Shown in pieces: positions 61,322 through 64,000 of a stretch of DNA of 64,000 nt. The DNA is taken from positions 1-64,000 of the IMG/VR virus record IMGVR_UViG_3300045988_019421; one strand, written 5' to 3'. The stretch's first letter is position 1, and each line of letters starts with the position of its first letter. The notes under the pieces were generated by a model. The model made no database searches. It was not told the DNA's origin and saw nothing but the letters and a program-made list of their open reading frames with translations. The translations under genes and the position numbers were made by a program. Origin of the DNA: a virus.

Positions 61322-61326
61322 AGATT

Positions 61327-61635
61327 ATGATTGATTACATTGTATTTCCTGTTGCTGATATAGATGAAGAGAAGTCAGCAAAGATTGACGAACTTAATTT
61401 AGTTCCTCGTAGTAATGTTAGTAAAGATAAAGTATTAATGAAGTGTCAACATTATGAAAAGGTGTTTCCTGAAAAAGTAACTAGAATAGTTACTACTGAT
61501 GAAGAAGGATTGGAAGTTATCAATATCGAATATCCTTATGAAACTTATTCTAATGAAGCACTTTCTACTTTATTGTCAAGTCCTGAATGGAATCCTAAAG
61601 AAGATGAGGTAATAGAAGATTCCCCCATAGAGTAG
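61327..61635 (+). CDS. hypothetical acidic protein (102 aa) ending inside motif copy M22
   Basis: ORF track. The last codons DSPIE-stop are the motif. A strong terminator follows. Confidence 0.6.
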   Translation: MIDYIVFPVADIDEEKSAKIDELNLVPRSNVSKDKVLMKCQHYEKVFPEKVTRIVTTDEEGLEVINIEYPYETYSNEALSTLLSSPEWNPKEDEVIEDSPIE

Positions 61636-61644
61636 TGACATTAC
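61621..61644 (-). repeat. M22: extended motif copy, reverse
   Basis: tcccccatagagtagtgacattac. It shares the GTGACATTAC tail with the reverse complement of M10. Confidence 0.7.
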
Positions 61645-61661
61645 TTTTATTGCTTAACTCT

Positions 61662-61695
61662 AAGCCCTGCTTATAACAAGTAGGGCTTTTATTTT
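61662..61695 (+). terminator. intrinsic terminator
   Basis: AAGCCCTGCTT ATAAC AAGTAGGGCTT (11 bp, one G-U), then TTTTATTTT. Confidence 0.85.
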
Positions 61696-61787
61696 GTTCA
61701 TACTATATCTAACTTTTAATAAAATTATTACTTATGGCTAAAATAGATTAATGGTCGAACTTCTTATATTATCTTTTGCTATGAGTG

Positions 61788-61803
61788 TATAGTAGCTACT
61801 ATA
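61788..61803. promoter_or_regulatory. 16-bp perfect palindrome upstream of 61841..62557
   Basis: tatagtag ctactata, 38 nt before the ATG. It uses the same GTAG/CTAC words as the 25.2 kb polarised arms. Confidence 0.3.
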
Positions 61804-61840
61804 AGATATTCTTAATTTATTAATCTAAACCTTATTTATT

Positions 61841-62557
61841 ATGCAAGTAATTGAAAAAGTTAAAGTCGTTCCCGAAGGTTATAATGGCGCAGGGATGGAC
61901 GGTTATGGTCGCCGTGATGTTAACGGTAAAGCTAATGCAGGTCTTACGCTTGGTATTATCGGTACTGCTCTTGGAGCTTGGGCTTTATTTGGTAATCGTC
62001 GTTCTGCTGGTGTTCTCGGAACTGGTGCAGGTCTTATGGGAGACGGTTCTACAAACATTAATGTAGTTGGTGCAGGAATGGGAAGTGCTGGTGCTCCTAC
62101 TGCTTTCCAAGCATGGAGTAAATCTTGTGAGGATACTCTTGCTTTGCAGGGAGGTTTGTATCAGTGGGCTTTAACTCAACAGAGCCAACGCTTCCAAGAC
62201 CGTCAGGTAATAGACAGTGAAATGTTCGGTTTGTATAAGTCACAGATTGATGCAGACTTCTTGCTGTACAAGGGAAACCGTGATAACTATGATTCTCTTA
62301 AAGCAGAGATTAGCGAACTTAAAACGCAAGTTGCTGTTAGTGCTGCTATTCGTCCTTATCAGGATAAACTTATCCAGTGCGAAATCGAGAGAGCGTTCAC
62401 CGCAGGTATCAATTATGTCGATAAAAAGACTTGTAATGTTATCTATGGTGTTACTTGTCTACCTAATGAGCCTACTACAACAGGTCTTGTTGGTAGAAAT
62501 GCCAATGGTTGTCTACCGTGTGGATTTACTCAAACGGCTAGTACTCCTGCTACATAA
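61841..62557 (+). CDS. Gly-rich membrane-associated protein (238 aa)
   Basis: GC-richer codon usage. TM-like LTLGIIGTALGAWALF, with Gly-rich stretches. Confidence 0.65.
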   Translation: MQVIEKVKVVPEGYNGAGMDGYGRRDVNGKANAGLTLGIIGTALGAWALFGNRRSAGVLGTGAGLMGDGSTNINVVGAGMGSAGAPTAFQAWSKSCEDTLALQGGLYQWALTQQSQRFQDRQVIDSEMFGLYKSQIDADFLLYKGNRDNYDSLKAEISELKTQVAVSAAIRPYQDKLIQCEIERAFTAGINYVDKKTCNVIYGVTCLPNEPTTTGLVGRNANGCLPCGFTQTASTPAT

Positions 62558-62584
62558 TATTACTAATCAACTAAAGAATAAGTT

Positions 62585-63100
62585 ATGTTACCTATTAATC
62601 AAGTTATACTGGGCGGAACAGACCCTTTGTTAAATACTGGAAGTCTTACCGACCAAATCCAATATTTAGAAGAACAAAAACGACTTATTGAAGCTAGACA
62701 AAAACAGATTCAACAAGCTGCTAATGGACAACAAACTTTACAACAAGTTAGTCCTCAACAAACTGCTAAAGTAAGTGTTTGGGACTTGATTGATGCAGAG
62801 ATTGAACCTCTTACTAATGAACAAAGAAATATGCTTGCTACTAATGAAGAATATGTAGCTAACTATAATAATCTTCAATCTATGGTTCAAGCAGAAGTTC
62901 TTAATTTAGTAAGAGCTAATATTGAGAATAGTCCGGAAGGCAAGGCTCTTTTAGATAATCAACTAAAGTTAGTTAAGAATCTAAAGACTAGTATAATCGA
63001 GATGTCACAAAGAGAGATGCAATTGTTCAATGCTTTTAAAGAAGCTAGTGCAAAGAATCCTTCTCTTACTTATGATGAATTTATTAAAACTATGAAGTAA
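62585..63100 (+). CDS. hypothetical Q-rich coiled-coil protein (171 aa)
   Basis: ORF track. Confidence 0.6.
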   Translation: MLPINQVILGGTDPLLNTGSLTDQIQYLEEQKRLIEARQKQIQQAANGQQTLQQVSPQQTAKVSVWDLIDAEIEPLTNEQRNMLATNEEYVANYNNLQSMVQAEVLNLVRANIENSPEGKALLDNQLKLVKNLKTSIIEMSQREMQLFNAFKEASAKNPSLTYDEFIKTMK

Positions 63101-63471
63101 TGATAGAAGTAAGTGTAGTAAAACAAAAGCTGCAAGATTACATTGTTAATCAGATAGATATTCTTGGCGAATCTAATCCAGCTATTAAGTTAGTTAAGCC
63201 TTTGGCTAAACGTGCAATTATTAATAACATTGATAGTTTTGATAAGTTTATCAATACTATTGCTAAAGACGGAAAGATTGATATTGAAGGTATAGTTGAT
63301 GAGGAGATTGAAATAATCAAATCTATTCCTAACTTTGATTTTAATATTCCAGTTCTAGGTAATGGTAACATCTCTAATGGTAACATAACTCTTTCTATTC
63401 CTTTTATTAATAAAGGAATTATGTTTAACCAGTCTGATTTGGAAACATTCAGACAACTATTAACTAAGTAA
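63100..63471 (+). CDS. hypothetical protein (123 aa)
   Basis: ORF track; start overlaps the upstream stop. Confidence 0.6.
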   Translation: MIEVSVVKQKLQDYIVNQIDILGESNPAIKLVKPLAKRAIINNIDSFDKFINTIAKDGKIDIEGIVDEEIEIIKSIPNFDFNIPVLGNGNISNGNITLSIPFINKGIMFNQSDLETFRQLLTK

Positions 63472-63478
63472 TATTATT

Positions 63479-64000
63479 ATGAGAGAAGTACCATACGAGA
63501 CAGACCAAGATGTTCGTGCTCGTTCTCGAAGAGAAGAAATGTACGAACGAATTAATGATTTCCTTGCTCGTGGCGGTCGCGGAAGAAGCGGTCGTAGCGG
63601 ACGTGGAAGAGGAATGATGAATCGTATTGGATATAAGACTTACGACAACTACGACAGGGATGAACAAAGAGGTTACGGTGAACGTCATAGATATGATGAA
63701 AGTCGAGGTTATGATGGAAGTCACGGCTACGATGAAGAAGAACGTATGCTTCTTATGCAAATGCTTGGAGTAGATGGAAACGAACGTTATAATGATTATG
63801 GTGATGAACATTTTAATAAACAGGAAGCTAAACGTACTGTTGATGAAATGTACCATGTCAAAGACGGTAAGAAATATATCGGTGAGAAATACGATATGCA
63901 GAAAGCTCACGAAGTTTGTAGTAAATTTAAAGATAAACTAGAAGATGAAGTAGAAGTTGCTGATGTTTATGTAGCTATTAATGCTCAATATCACGACTAC
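63479..64000 (+). CDS. hypothetical protein with an RG/RGG-rich and D/Y/E-rich low-complexity region (partial; runs off the window)
   Basis: It is absent from the track because no stop is reached. Hand-translated as MREVPYETDQDVRARSRREEMYERINDFLARGGRGRSGRSGRGRGMMNRIGYKTYDNYDRDEQRGYGERHRYDESRGYDGSHGYDEEE... It is open for 174 codons to the window end and is co-directional with its neighbours. Confidence 0.6.
   Translation, partial: MREVPYETDQDVRARSRREEMYERINDFLARGGRGRSGRSGRGRGMMNRIGYKTYDNYDRDEQRGYGERHRYDESRGYDGSHGYDEEERMLLMQMLGVDGNERYNDYGDEHFNKQEAKRTVDEMYHVKDGKKYIGEKYDMQKAHEVCSKFKDKLEDEVEVADVYVAINAQYHDY

Noticed and set aside
1-61644. Dispersed motif as a conserved peptide motif (SPIKE-like)
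   Set aside because: The forward form is translated in three different frames and several copies are intergenic. Only the nucleotide sequence is shared.
63464-63910. 148-aa minus-strand ORF in the track
   Set aside because: It is purely hydrophobic and low-complexity. It is antisense to a co-directional plus-strand ORF that stays open to the window end. Neighbouring genes are all on the plus strand.
1-64000. Stop-codon reassignment (TAG or TGA recoding) known from some crAss-like phages
   Set aside because: All long genes (polB, helicase, terL, portal, MCP and the 1153-, 2624- and 1446-aa tail genes) are open in the standard code with no in-frame stops.
1-64000. Lysogeny, DGR or defence/anti-defence cassettes (integrase, reverse transcriptase, methyltransferase, toxin-antitoxin)
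   Set aside because: I found no recombinase, RT (YxDD) or methyltransferase motifs in any translated ORF. Absence by eye is weak evidence, and small unknown ORFs could still have such roles.

Overview
AT-rich double-stranded DNA phage sequence with two divergent gene blocks. I could not run searches, so the family call is inference. The gene content and order best fit a crAss-like (Crassvirales-type) podovirus of Bacteroidota. Positions 1-24581 carry a tightly packed minus-strand replication and recombination block. It encodes dUTPase, ATP-dependent DNA ligase, a DnaG/TOPRIM-like primase, an SSB-like protein, family B DNA polymerase, a Dda/RecD-like SF1 helicase, two free-standing HNH endonucleases and many small ORFs. 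Positions 28142-64000 carry a plus-strand morphogenesis block. It encodes a PD-(D/E)XK nuclease, a lysis-like cassette, large terminase, portal, major capsid protein, and three very large tail or receptor-binding proteins of 1153, about 2624 and about 1446 aa. Between the blocks lies a roughly 3.5 kb repeat-dense, mostly non-coding region (24582-28141). It has an origin-like core, one GC-rich orphan gene and a few tiny membrane-protein ORFs. The most unusual signal is a GC-rich 15-nt motif, CTCCTTTAYGGGGGA. It recurs about 20 times across the whole window, in both orientations, inside genes in different reading frames and in longer composite forms at gene or module boundaries. I know of no described function for it. 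I saw no tRNA, rRNA, CRISPR array, integrase, reverse transcriptase or evidence of stop-codon reassignment. All function calls rest on motifs I recognised by eye in the translations. Many short antisense ORFs in the supplied track are treated as artefacts.
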